A stretch of DNA of 64,000 bases from Octopus sinensis (lineage: Eukaryota). Made by a program: the position numbers and the translations under genes. Location: the NCBI RefSeq assembly GCF_006345805.1, contig NC_043008.1:10354001-10418000 (forward strand), given 5' to 3'. The first letter of the stretch is position 1, and every line of letters starts with the position of its first letter. The notes beneath the pieces were generated by a model, which did no database searches, had not been told where the DNA came from, and saw nothing but the letters and a program-made list of their open reading frames with translations. This document shows, piece by piece, positions 48,239-61,629 of this stretch.

Positions 48239-49181
48239 CTGTATTCTAACCTCTTCTCTAAAACACAGAAGGGGTGGGGTTGGAAATTCACAGGGACTCT
48301 CTTTTCCAGTGTCTGAAAGCAGTCTTGTTCACTCAGAGACACTATTTGTAGTTAATATTCTGTTTCTTCAAAGTCCCTCAAATACTTTTAGTCTTAGCTT
48401 GAACTTTTAGTAGGTTTAAGGGCACATGTTCTTTTGTCGGTTTTTTCTTTATATTTTGGAGATGCCAAACTTTTTATTCTACTTGAAAATTTTCTTTATT
48501 CTTAAGAACAATGAAAATCATTAACCGGAGCAATTACTTTCATCCTTGTTGGTTAAGTCTTTTTATTTTTTAAGACCAAATAAAGTGACTTCCTTTACTT
48601 ATTTTAGTAAATGGAAAAATCTTTTTTACACATCTTTGACATTAGTAAATCTGGAAGCTAAGTAAAATATTTGCAATATGACTACTGTAGTGTGACAGAA
48701 ATCAAAAGATAATGTGATGCTTTACTGGAAGATACTGACTCTTGAACAACATGCAAAAGTATTTGACTTTTATTTTTACTTTCTATGCATATTAACTGGA
48801 TTGTTGTAAGTTGGCAAGTATCTACATATTATACTTTTGAAATTGTAAAGCAGTTGTTTTTAACATTTTTGTTGAGTATTACTGTTGGATATATTAGTAC
48901 ACTGGTGATGCAAAAAATAGGCATTTAAGCATTCACAAGTTGACAATGTTAATTGCCACCAATTTTAAAATGAGTAGGAGGAACCATCCTATTAAGAAGA
49001 AAATGAAGATGAATATGCGATCAAGCGGTGGTGCCTCAGCATGGCCACGGCCTTCGGGCTAAAACATTTTTAAGGATTTAAGGATTTAAGCTCCTTAGTA
49101 CAAGTCAAAAAAAACAACAATCAAATTATGTTAAAGAAACATATCTTGAAGAAAGGACAAATTCGTTTAGTCATAAGATAA

Positions 49182-49690
49182 TAATAATGAAATTATTGTA
49201 TACAGTGCTCAGGTGCACCACAACTTGTCAAAAAGTGCGTATAAAGTATATGCAGTAATGTACAAATGTCTGGAAAGTGAACAGTGTATGAGTCAGATAC
49301 ATGCTTGCATGTGTATGGAGGGGAGAAAAATCAGGTGTAGTGTTGGCGAATCTCAGGAAGCATGGAAGTTTTGAAGGATGCAGTGCTCCGACAACTAACA
49401 ACTGATGCCAGCAGTTTGTTCCATACTTCAGCAACTCTTAGCGTGAAAAAATGTTTCCAAAAGTCATGGGAGCTGTGCTGTTTTCTGACTTTGTAAACAT
49501 ATCCATGGGTGTTAGGTGGAGTTTGAAAAGGTGCTCAGAGTTATTGTTTGTAAGATGGTTAATAATTTTATGGGTGTCTGCCAAGTCAGCTGCCAAACGT
49601 CGGAGTTTCAATGTATCCATGCCCAGGGAAGTAAGGCGTTCAGAATATAGCAAATGCCTGATGGAGGGTATTCTCTTGGTTGCACGTCAC
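49182..49690 (-). mobile_element. CR1-clade LINE 3' end
   Basis: YSERLTSLGMDTLKLRRLAADLADTHKII, 3' UTR and (TAA)n tail. Confidence 0.88.
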
Positions 49691-51612
49691 TGGGAAATAT
49701 CACTGCTTATTTCATTTTCTTGCCTACATTCTTTCCATAGAGTTCTGAAAATAAAATGTTGATCACTCTGTACCTATCCACTAATTTCATTAGTTAAAAT
49801 CTTGCTAAATAAATGTTTACATTGACTGTCAAGAATGTTAAAAGAAAAAATGTAAATGCTGGGACATATTGGTAGTATAGTGTTTTCGGGCAGCATAGTA
49901 TTTTTACATGTCATAAGAATAGCCATAAACTTTTTTTCACCCTCTTTTCTTCTTCGTAGCTTTAGTTGGCTCATATAAGCCAACTACTTAAAGAAAATAT
50001 TTTGCTCACTTTGCTTCTAACTACATACTCTGGTGAATACTACCTTTCCCCTGCAGTATTCTCCAACAATGCTAGCAGTTTCATTAAACTAACAGCTCTA
50101 CTGTCTTATAATTCATGACATATTAATAAAGTTGAATATTTTGCAAAGGTAACTCAACCTTACTGCATAATCTATGACTCAACTGCCAGAAAACACATGA
50201 TTTACTCACATACTAAACAAGAAACATTTTAGTTACATTTTTTTGTTCTTTTAATCAAGATCTTGAAACCCATGAAGGCAGTGAAAGGAAGAAATGATAT
50301 AGCACTTGACTTAAGGTATTCAGTTTTGTACTTCTCTGTCCACAGCTCACATAATACATTTAACATTATTTACGTCTTACAGTGTTGATAAATAGGTTCT
50401 AGGTATAAACTGTAAAATATAAAAATAGTGTAAATACTTTCCTAATTCCAAGGGGTTTTAAGGCTAGTACTTCATGGCAAGAAGTGGACCAAAGACACAT
50501 CTTTACTTTCACATTTCCTCTTCTATACATTCAACAGAATTTGCACTGTGGCTGCTCTCTGTGCTAACTGCTGATTTTGAATCTGTGATATTGCTCCCTC
50601 AAACAGTATCAAGCAACACTTAGAGCTTCCTGGGGAATCTTCAGGTTCTTTTAGTCAACATCGAAGCATACATTCTTGTTTCTATACACTCCTCCCTATT
50701 GTTTTTTCAGCTTCTACAACAAATGAGGGGTAGCTATTACCACTCTACACATACTGTGTTTTCTCTGTTTTATAACTTGCTTAAGGTGATTTGCTTTTTG
50801 CTCTCAGCTTTTGGTCTTTCAAAATGTTTCTGCCATATCTATGATACACATACATATGCACACACACACACACATACACATATGTACACATTTATACAAA
50901 CATGCACATACACGTACACACTTGCAGATGCACACATGCACATATGCACCTAACTATAAATACTTACGTATGCGTATATTGATTTCTTATTGCAATATAT
51001 CTGTTTTCTGATGTTTATACAAGTTGAATTAATTTTTTCCAGCACAGTGTCTCACCACTTGTTACTGTACTTTGTAATCTCCTCCTTCATGAAGTTTGGA
51101 CTCCTAAGGTCAGTTTTCTTTCCTTTTACCCATGCTTTCTTTGGCCATCTTTTCCTGCAGGTTCTTTCCACTTTAATTGTTAGGCATTCGTTTACCCAAC
51201 TTTCATTCTGTATATGCGTCACATGTCTATATCAGCTGAGACTTTTCTCTGGTACATTTCATTTAATTCTTCTTCACATCTAGTTTTTCTTGTGGTTTAT
51301 TTGTGCTCCATTGTTCTGATTTTGTACCATCAGAAAAAAATATTTTCAGTTTCTAGCAGTTAAGATAACCTTACTAATAACATAGTAACAAGAATAATAG
51401 TAACAAAAATAATTTACTTGTTTCACATCTGTTCTATGACTGGGATGCCCTTCCCATCACAAACCACTTTATAGGGTGCACTTCACCCTGACACCAGTAC
51501 TAAAGAGGAGAATCAAAGTATCAGTTCTCATTCAGAGCTACTTCTATCCTAAATAGTCTGTTCCCAAAATGGATTGAATCATAAAACAAACAATACAATA
51601 CAGTGAAATTAC

Positions 51613-51692
51613 CAGAATGGATTTACTTGATCCTGACATATAACTTGCATACATGGAAATGTATGATCTGATTATAAGTTTTCTAGAATAAC
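51613..51692 (-). CDS. Isolated candidate exon (phase 1 to 0): GYSRKLIIRSYISMYASYMSGSSKSIL
   Basis: GTGTTTCAG acceptor, CTG|GTAATT donor, single open frame. No family recognised. Confidence 0.3.
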
Positions 51693-52899
51693 CTGAAACA
51701 CTTATATTCATACAAAAAATTAAGTGTATAATTTTTGTCTGCTTTATCATCTTACTAGGCGTCATCATTAAAACTGATACGAGATGTATTTGAAATAATT
51801 AAATATAATGTTAGTATTGATTTCTAGTAAGCTTATAAAAAAAGAATTTTGACCACCCAATTCAAAATTTGAAGTCCAAGTATTAGTACTTGTTTAGCTA
51901 AAGGATTTGTATTATAATTGATGATTATCTATTGTTTTTATTGCACTGATGGCATTTATCATGAAAATAGACCCATCTTCTTTCATGTAAAAATTATCAT
52001 AATAAAAAAATGGAAAAAGTCCAGCTTAACCTTTCAAATCAAGTAGAATGCTGTGCATCATAGACAGTTTGTCAGAAGTAAGGTTTATTTACATAGGAGT
52101 GACAGTTGGCAGCTGTGACTAACTAATACTTGAATTACTACTTAAATCCTGAGTCAAAACAAAACTTAGGCTGATAAGGAGTTCAAATTGATCCAGGTGG
52201 ATCAATTTCCACCCCATTATATTATAGAAGGATCTGATTGTTACTCCCATAATTAATAAATCACATATGTGATTTGTGAGATCACTACTGTTTCTAGAAA
52301 CATTTTTGTCTACAAATTAAAATTTTGTCTACAAATAAAAATGTGATTATAAATTTCATCTTTCAGTATCAGTATATCATTTGGTTGTTTTTAAGTCCCA
52401 TATTTTTACTTTTATACCTTCTTGAGTCATGAATATGTACATATTTCAAAATGTGATACCTTCTGATATTTGTATGGGTTTTATAGGTGGTAAATTGGCT
52501 TCTGCTCAGGCTCTTTCTATTGTGAGTTCAAATTCCATCTTTTATTGCCAGCCACCTTATGATGGGATGCAGTACCTTCAGGAACCAGCTAAACGGTGAT
52601 AGGTTTCAATATCAGACAGAATAATGCGTTGATTGGCACATCAGATTCTGCACTAAAGTCAGCTATGAGGACAGAAATTTCAATATAGTTTGTTAATTAG
52701 CATTTATTTACATTCCTGTTTTCATATTTGCTGGATCTAATGTCAGGGGCAGCATCAATATCATTGGTTCCTTCTGGACCAATGATATTGATGCTGTTAG
52801 TATTCCTTTTGAACCTGCATGCAAGAGATGAACAAAGAGGGGTTCAGATGGTTCACATTTAGAGAAGGAAGGCCTGGGCATAGTGATTAGTGCAGAGCC

Positions 52900-53190
52900 T
52901 GAGTGGGGTTGGATGCAGCAAGAGAGATGAGAGGAGAAAGTGGGTTGGGAATGTCTGATTGTGGATGACATGAGCCCATCCAGCTCTGAGGAACAGGCCA
53001 TTATAGCAGCAGTAGAAAAGGCAGAGAGAAGACAATATGCTTGTGGGCCAGACGGTGGAGCAGCATGTCTTTAAGTAACTTTATGACAATCAGGCAGGTA
53101 TCCCTTTTCTAAATGCAGTCTTGAATGTCTATGTGCAGCAGCACCACCATTCCAAGTGTGAGAATAACATTCCATTGTGGGTCTCACCTA
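52900..53190 (-). pseudogene. Degenerate CR1/L2-group LINE RT fragment
   Basis: VRPTME..SH.W and LAH..IV.SLCLFY..YNG-like remnants. Confidence 0.55.
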
Positions 53191-54069
53191 GATTTAGAGT
53201 GAAAATAAAGGCTTAAACATTTTCTATTGGATGTTTTATTTTTATATTTATTTCCATTAGAAAAACAAAATACTGTAACGCTTTAATTAAAAGCTAAAAT
53301 CTTGAGACTCTCCAGTTTTGACAGTTTAATGTATGGATTTAGCCTGCACAATTAAGCTTGCTAAGTTGGGAACAACAAATTAATTTTGGTTCAATTCTAG
53401 AATTAATTAGGCTGTAAAGATTTGCCATTATTACAGTTGAGGATCTGCTTGTTTAAAAAAAAATCGAAATTGTGCACCACTACTTCTGTGTAAACAGCTA
53501 ACCTGCAGAAAGCTGTCAAGTAACAGTCACTTTTGATCCTGATCATAATGAAGGTAGTAGTGGAGAGTAATGAGATGAAATGAGTTATTTAATTTTTGAG
53601 ATCTTTCTCTATTCTTATCATTAATCCTTTCAGTATTTTGTTAGTTACTCTTCTTTCTGCAAGAAAATCGTGAAATGAAATGAATCCAGAAGTTTGAAAA
53701 ATAGCAATTACATGTTTTGACAAATTTTTGTTACTGACTTACTAATATTCAACTAATATTACCTATTATTCTAAAATATTATACAACAAATCAATATTGA
53801 CATTTAATTTTAATTTTAATAACAATTTATTTAAATATATAATATACAAGAATTAACATAATAGATATTATTAAATAACAAAACAATGAACATTACAATA
53901 TTATTATATTAAATAACCATATGTATTTTATTCCACTTTGATTTCATCCTTTAATCTATAAATCAGTCATCAATTACCTTAAATACTCTGCCATAAAGTC
54001 TGAGAATAATTATTTTACAGAATTAAAAAAATAGCAGTAACTCTATTATTTTAATATGTTGTTTTGAAC

Positions 54070-54545
54070 ATCATCATCATCATCATCATCATCATCATTG
54101 TCATCATCGTTTAACGTCTGCTTTCCATGCTGGCATGGGTTGGACGGTTTGGCCGAGGACTGGTGAGCCAGAGGCTGCACCAGGCTCAATCTGATCTGGC
54201 AAAGTTTCTACAATTGGATGCCCTTCCTAACTTCAACCACTCCGAGAGTGTAGCAGGTGGCTCTGGCAACGACCACGCTCAAAAGGTGTTTTTACGTGCT
54301 TACCTGCATGGGAGCCAGTCTGGCGGATCTGGCACTGACCACGCTTGAATGTTGTTTTTCATGTCCCACTGGCACATGTACTGGTAAGGTGACGCTGGCA
54401 ACGATCACGCTTGAATGGTGCTTTTCATGTGTCACCAGCTTGGGAGCCAATCAGTGGCCCTGGCAACGATCAAGCTTGATATGCTTTTAGCGTTCCACTG
54501 GCATGAGTGCCAATCAGGCGGTACTGTCATCGGCCATATCAGCGA
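54070..54545 (-). mobile_element. Retroposon family D
   Basis: Reversed (GAT)n tail and several internal ~58-bp repeats. Confidence 0.75.
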
Positions 54546-56083
54546 TTTTGATTTGTTTACACTTGCCTCAATAGGTCTTCGCAAGCAAAGTTCATTGTTT
54601 AATGAATGAGGGGTACTCATAAATGGGCTGATTACACCCACTGGCACAGGCCATGGGCTATGGTATCACTTGGCTTGTCAGATCTTCTCAAGCACAGCAT
54701 ATCTCCCAAGGTCCCAGTCACTAGTCATTGCCTCGGTAAGGCTCAATGTTCAAAGGTTGTGCTTGACCACATCATCTCAAGTTTTCCTGGGTCTACCTCT
54801 TCCACAGGTTCCCTCAACTGCTAGGATGTGACACTTTTTCACCCAGTTGTCCTTATTCATTCGCAACACCACATCTGATGTTTCTTAAATCCAACTTTTC
54901 TCTCAGGGCGCTTACACTCTGTTGTGTGTGCACATTGACATTACACATCCAACGGAGCATACAGGCTTCATTCCTTGCAAGCTTACACATATCCTCAGCA
55001 GTCACAGCCCTTGTTTCACTGCCATGTAGCATGGCTGTTCAATGCATTTTTTCAAGTTTGTGATTTTACTCAACCGGCTGTTAAGTATTGTTAGGTTCTC
55101 TTTTTGTCGCTATTTCTTTTCAGATAATTAAATTTATTATTGACAGGAGTATCAAAATTCAATTTTGAGAACTAAGAAAATCTTAATTTAAAGGACATTC
55201 AAAATAATAATATTCATCTCTTCTTGTAGGAGAGGATGTAAAGTTACTTGAACACTTTATTACCGTTACTTATTTTATTAATTTAAAAGGTGGAAGGCAA
55301 ATATGATTTTTGACATAATTTTAACTGAAAGAAAACAAGAGTAGATATTATATATTTGAAAAAAGATATCGAAGATCAACACTTCAGTATTTTAGAAATA
55401 TATGTACACATAGAAGATAGTGTTTTCCAACTGACTGAATAATTAGGGAGTTGGCTTTCTGAAAGCTCAAATGGGATAAGTTTTGTGTTAATTATATTTG
55501 ACTGTTCTCATACATTTACAAATATTTTTGTTATTTCGACAGTATTTTTCTTTCTTATCAGAAAATTATTAAAATCTTTGCTTTGAGATAATAACTATAA
55601 GGTTACAAGATAGCATACTATGGTTGTGATTATTTCAAGTAAAAATTGGGATTGTTGTATATACACACCATATCTGAAACTATGTGATTATCAATTTATG
55701 AGTGGATATCTTGCTGATTTGTGAAAATTATCATCAATGTCAATAGTACTTGAAAGCCTTGTCTTCTTATATGTTGGACCTTTGGCTATTAAAAAATGTT
55801 TGCATTACTTCTAGTTTATCTTATTATATCTACATTTCTTAAGTCCTGTTGTTGTTTTTACAGTCGCATATCAGTTATTGTATTTCTACTGTAAAAATCT
55901 AAAGATTTGTTTCAAGTAAAAGTTAACAATTTTTCACAGTTAGCGAATAGTATATTCTGTAATTATCAAATGTTGAAACCATTATTTTATGAAACCTCAG
56001 CTACAGTCATTTACTTAACTTTGTCGGGATTATGGCTAAGATTATCAGATTTAATGCATACTTTACAATTAAGATTAACTGGA

Positions 56084-56118
56084 ATGGACCATTACAAGAA
56101 ATCTAACAAGACAAGCAA
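56084..56118 (+). CDS. Gene 2 candidate first coding exon: MDHYKKSNKTS
   Basis: GGAATGG start context, AA|GTAAAA phase-2 donor matching the next exon. Confidence 0.35.
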
Positions 56119-56276
56119 GTAAAAAAAAAAAAAGAAGAAAGAAATCATTAGTTGGATTCGTTAGTTTAATTGCTGTTTCTGTTTTTATGGAAATTACAGA
56201 AAGAAAATGATTTATTGAAAAGTTGAGAAAGTTCACATTAAAAAAAAAATAACAAGGAAAATTCCTTTTTACTAAG

Positions 56277-56526
56277 GATGAATGATTTTGTGGTTGGTAA
56301 AAAAAATTCTAAAGTCAACGAAGGAATTTTGTCTAGACTTGCTCTGTCAGCATCCAGAGGTATGGATTTAACAAAGGAAACTATGTCTTCAGAGTGTCAT
56401 AAACAAGAGCAGCACCAACGGTCAGAAGAAAATAATTCACAACATGAGTCACAAAATAACTATTTACATGGATCCGCTGCTAATAAATTGCCTTATGATC
56501 TCCTACAAAGTCTTTCCTCACAAAGG
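56277..56526 (+). CDS. Gene 2 exon: MNDFVVGKKNSKVNEGILSRLALSASRG...NKLPYDLLQSLSSQR
   Basis: TTCCTTTTTACTAAG acceptor, 83 open codons rich in S/Q/N/E, AGG|GTGAGT donor. Confidence 0.65.
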
Positions 56527-56579
56527 GTGAGTAAAATCTTTGCCAATGATTATTTTTAATTTCAAGAGTTATCAGAATA

Positions 56580-56885
56580 TTCTTTTACTTGTTTCAGCCA
56601 TTTGACTGCAGCCATGCTGGGGCATCGCCTTTAGTTGAGCAAATCAACCCCAAGACTTATTCTTTGTAAGCCTAGTACTTATTCTATTGGTCTCTTTTGT
56701 CAAACTGTTAAGTTATGGGGGACGTGAACATACCAGCATTAGTTGTCAAGCCAAATCCACTCACAAGGCTTTGGTTAGCCTGTGGCTATAGTAGAAGACA
56801 CTTGCTCAATGTGCCAAGTAGTGGGACTGAACCTGGAACTGTGTGATTAGTAAGCAAGCTACTTACCACATAGCCACTTCTGCAC
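56580..56885 (-). mobile_element. SINE family B
   Basis: Reverse complement of family B with an internal deletion. Confidence 0.75.
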
Positions 56886-57774
56886 CTAGAATAGCTTAAA
56901 AATAGTTATTAACATCAGTATTAAACATTTATAATATATATTGTGACATGAAAAGCATACATTTGCTTTTATGCGAGTGATAATTGTAGTTTATAAATTT
57001 ATGTGCTGCTTTAGATAATTTGAAATGTAAGGTGTGTAGCTTGTGAAATACGCATTACTATGACGAGTAAGCAATGTGGTTACTACTGATTTTACTTCTG
57101 CATAGGTAGGGAAAGAGGAATTGATCTGACTACTTTCTAATCCTCTGGACTTTTATTAGGTAAAAATATCCATCTTCTATCCCTGCAGGGATTAGAAGCA
57201 TAGAACTATTTATAGTGGATAGAGACAAGGGCTCAGTATAAACAGTGTAAATTATATTTAAATGAAACTGAAACTTCGCAATTGCTACTCAATTATTTTA
57301 TCACTCCAACTAATTTTATGCATAACATACACACACACGTGCGTGCACAGTACCATTGCTTTAGCCCTATGCTCACCTTGGCATGCTGGCATAGGCTAGA
57401 CAGAGTTTGTGGGGAATTCTCTTATGGTTGGGTGTACTTTGTGTCTTTAAGTCTTTTAGTTTCTTCTTATGAAGCCCAAGGACATGCTTTATCTATTCTA
57501 AAACCATTGTGTGCATTTGCATGTGTATATATATGTGTGTGTGTGTGTGTGTATAATCTTTATGTATGTATACATGTTTGTAGGTGTAGGCATGGTATAG
57601 GCACAGATCTGATTGTATGGTTAAGAAGTTTGCTTCCCAACCACATGATTTCAGGTTTAGTGCCACTACGTGACACTTTATGCAAGTGTCTTCTACAATA
57701 ACCCTAAACCAACCAAAACTCAGTGGATTTGGTAAATACTTAATCTTAGAGACTAGTGTATATATATGACCTCG

Positions 57775-57968
57775 TGTGTACCGTTGGCGATTTTTTTCCT
57801 CTGTCTTCCCTTCTCTGGATCTTTCCTTCTCCTATGTTTCCGACGAAGAGCTCCGCTCGAAGCATTAAACCCTCCTTCTTCCCTTCTTTCCTGAGCATCC
57901 AATAATACTATATTTGTTCCACGTCCTCGCGTTGTTGTGTTTTTTTGTGTTTTCTTGTTTGGATTAAC
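57775..57968 (+). mobile_element. Penelope-like terminal fragment with a decayed minimal hammerhead
   Basis: GTTT CCGACGA AGAGC TCC GCTC GAAG CATT AAAC at 57836-57870. Flanked by (TA)n. Confidence 0.45.
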
Positions 57969-57994
57969 TATATATATATATATATATATATATA

Positions 57995-58870
57995 GGGTTC
58001 TGTGAATACACTTTTGTCTAAATTACGCAAAAATGAAAATAATACGGACATCTCATTTTAACAAATATATTTATCAAAATTACATAAAACTACCTTGAAA
58101 TACTAAAGAGTAAATTTATTCAGTAAAATTGCCATTGGCTTCAACCACAGCCTTCAGACGACTTTGGAATCTCCTGCAACTTTTCTCGATGAAAAGTTGG
58201 TGAATGCTGCTATAATTCTTGCCTTCATTTCATCTTTGGTGCTACAAAGAATTTTGTTGGTCTCTAGGGTAACTGTGCCACACACATAATAATTAAGGGG
58301 GTTACAATCTGGGGAGTTAGGTGGCCAGATGTTAGGCTTAGTGTGGTTGCAGAAATTGTGTGACAGTCATGACTGAGTTCTCCTGCTTATGTGACATGGT
58401 GCAGAGTCATGTTGCCAGGCATAGGGTCTTCCAGCAGCCACCCTCTTGACCCAGGGCAGCACTACCTTCTCCAGGCACTTGGTGTAGGTCTCCATGTTGA
58501 GTCTGAGGCCATATGGGAAGATGAATGGAGGCATAATGTCACCATCACTAGTGATCACTCAAAACACCATGATGTTGACTGGATGTTTGATTTTTATCAC
58601 TCTTGTTACATGCACTATCCTCAGATTGACACCCAAACACTCTGAAATGTTTGTGTTGGAGCTTCCAGCATGCATAAAAACCATTTATAAGCCATTTAAA
58701 ATGTATAAAAAAAAGTATTCACTGACAAAATTCCAAGATGCAGCATGGAATTTTGTCAGTGAACAGGTCGCAGTCTTAAAGTGATGAAAATATTTTGGCA
58801 AATTAGATTTAAATGTTGAAGTGAATCTAACGGTTTTTGTGTTTTAAATGGCTTATAAATACCTTCCACA
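57995..58870 (-). mobile_element. DD37D (maT-type) Tc1/mariner transposase relic
   Basis: DGDIMPPFIFP...YAWQHDSAPCH...WPPNSPDCNPL(N)YY; 37 residues between the last two catalytic positions. An 18-bp perfect hairpin lies at about 58718-58763. Confidence 0.8.
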
Positions 58871-58941
58871 CACACACAAAAAAACAATTGTAATTTAAAT
58901 TTTCAACCCTTCCCTGCCCCAGTGTGTGTGTGTGTGTGTGT

Positions 58942-58976
<35 letters not shown>

Positions 58977-60272
58977 ATGTGTGCGTGTGTGTGTGTGCGT
59001 GTGCGTGTGTGTGCGTGTGTGTGTGTGTGTGTATGTGTGTCTGGTTGTGTAAGAAAAAACATTTATTAACAGAAAAGTATGCTATTCAAATAAATTATCT
59101 TTTACATACCTTTTTTAAATCATTCTTTTGCTCTAATGAAATTCCTTACACACATGCATACACACACACTGACAAACATGCACTCTTTTATTGAGAGTGA
59201 GAGCGTAGTAAATTTATATAGTGAGGGTGCAAGTTTACCATGAAAAAAGCCAAAAAATGAAAAAAACAAGCAAATACAGATCTTTTCTGTTGCTGTCACA
59301 GATTTTGAAATTCAAAATTAAGTGAAAATTTTCAAATTTGGTACACTGATGTACTTCTTTGAGCTGAATCCAAGTTTGTGATTTGTTTATTCTAGAAAAA
59401 TTTTAGCAAAAAGTTACAGCGGTTTAGTTTGATAATTTTTACCCAATCAGAAAATGGGATTTGTGTGTAATAGCTGTGTATCATAAAATGGAAGTAAACA
59501 TTAAAAGACAGTGTTTTAAACAAAATGAAAGCAATGTGTGAGAGATAATATATATAGAGTGATAAAGAACCTGATAAATATATATATATATATATATATA
59601 GAAAGCGATAGATTGATTGTGACAGATAGTGGGAGATTTGTCTATCTAGAAGTTGAGTTATTTCACATGGCAAATTTTTTTTTCTTTATGAATGACCTTC
59701 TCTTTGGGACCCAGATTTCGAGAATCAAATTTGTTTCCTTGAGGATGCACCGTTTCAGAGCCTTTCAGAACTAAACACACATACATAACCACATGCACTC
59801 GTATTTATATAGTTGATATATAGTGAATGGATAAGGATAATAGATCCAGGCAGGTACCATTCAAGCACTGTAATATAATCCAGATTTTGGCTAACCACAT
59901 CGAATGATATAGAATAACTGAGAATTATTGAAGGTAAACAATCACACAGTTTTTCACCTGATGGCTAAGTCCTGATTTCTGTTCATATATATGTCATAAA
60001 CCAGTTCAAAGAGAGCTTTTATTCAAACTTTATTCTACTTGCCGTCTAATCCGTTAATCATGGACAGCCATGATTAAGACATGTTGTTTTATATTAGGAA
60101 AAGACAATATTCATCTATCAACATCATTCGACACTATGCCACATTTTTGTACTCAATACAAAATAAGATATCTATATTTTTATCTATTATTTACTCGTGT
60201 AGAAAGGAATTAAGGACAGGATATAATTCATAACAATCTTCCCTACTGAGTGAAAAGTAAGCCTCAGTGCAT

Positions 60273-60824
60273 TCAAAATGTATAGTTCTTTAGATAAAAA
60301 GGGGTCTTGATCTCAGTTTTCTCATCTCTTTTTGTAGTCTGCATTTTGTTACCCATATTATTCTTGTTCAGGTATACTTTGCAAGTTTTGTTACCCATAT
60401 TATTCTTGTTCAGGTATACTTTGCAAGTTTTGTTACCCATATTATTCGCATTCAGATACTCTTTGCCAGTTGCTAATCTGCTCATGTTTTCCCGTGCTAG
60501 ATTGAGAGATCCATTTCTTTGTTGATACATTGCTTCTATTGGTGTACTGTTGGGGTTGGTTCCTTGTTGATTTATTATTTGTGGATCTTGTTGTTCTGTA
60601 TCAAACTCTGCTTGTCTAGTTATCCCTGGTTGTGTTTGTATGTTATCTTTGTTTCCTTGATTGAAAGATTGTCCTGCTGGAGTGCAATTGTGTGTTGACA
60701 CTGTATCCATTTGTCTGTTTCTGAATTGTACACTTGCAAAGTGGGGAGAAATTGTACCATGTATATATGTACCAGGTTTGTTTTTTGGTTTTTTTTTTTG
60801 CCTAAACTCTTCACAATGGTGTCC
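60273..60824 (-). CDS. Gene 3 large, probably terminal exon (183 aa), Q/N/T-rich, with a 14-aa repeat
   Basis: In-frame TAG acceptor at 60825-60827, then GHHCEEFRQKKKPKNKPG...KNYTF*. 552-nt open frame in AT-rich DNA. AATAAA on - near 60020. Confidence 0.6.
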   Translation of the reverse strand, partial: GHHCEEFRQKKKPKNKPGTYIHGTISPHFASVQFRNRQMDTVSTHNCTPAGQSFNQGNKDNIQTQPGITRQAEFDTEQQDPQIINQQGTNPNSTPIEAMYQQRNGSLNLARENMSRLATGKEYLNANNMGNKTCKVYLNKNNMGNKTCKVYLNKNNMGNKMQTTKRDEKTEIKTPFYLKNYTF

Positions 60825-61629
60825 CTACATGTTTGCAAGCCCAATGATTAAAACAAATGAGAAATAAGAAGTAATTACAAAATATCTTCTTGCAAGTTAT
60901 TAAATTTATTGCTTGAAATATTCATGCAAATTTATTTGGTCTACTTATTAGTTTTTCCAGTTTTTTTTCATTAATATTTAGCCTCAATTTTCTACAGAAG
61001 GATTGGGCAAATTCTTGTGTTTGACTAAATTTTTAAATCTTTCCACTAGGTATGACACTTCATGCTCCTTTTAAAAATGTCATTATTTATATGTTCTTAA
61101 ACCTTAAACACTCTTTTTAATTCCTTTACAAACTGAATAATGCTTCTTTGTTAATCCCTATAGGTAGTACATACATAAATATTTGTTTATTGACATGTCT
61201 TCCATTTATAGTGCTAAACATTATTTACCACAGCTTTCATCAATTGTAAGATTGATTTATTTTACATTGATTTATTTCACATTATTTATGTTCAGCTAAT
61301 TTATTTAACATTGAATGCTTTTTATATTCAACTAATTTAAAAGATCTTGATTCTAAATTTAACCCTTCTTAAAATATTCTTTGTTGTGAAAATAGTTGTG
61401 TCAATAGTAATTTTATATTATCATTTGCTTTATTTTTAATCATTAATTTTTATTTGAAAGTGGCCCAAGTTTACTGAACATTATATAATGATTTTAAAAT
61501 ATATAATCTGTTTATAAAAAGGTTGAAGCAAATAATATTTTTGTGCTTCCTTCTCTCTCTCTCTCTATGTATATATATATATAAAATGTGTGTTTGTGTG
61601 TGTATATACATATACCCAGTTAGACTATG

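Noticed and set aside
49774-50700. Protein-like - strand fragments (LMKLLALLENTAGE; SQLKLRRRKEGEKKF; GSNITDSKSAVSTES)
   Set aside because: Weak or non-canonical acceptors and no consistent phase chain.
53508-53570. + strand fragment SCQVTVTFDPDHNEGSSGE*
   Set aside because: An isolated short frame that cannot be linked to other exons with confidence.
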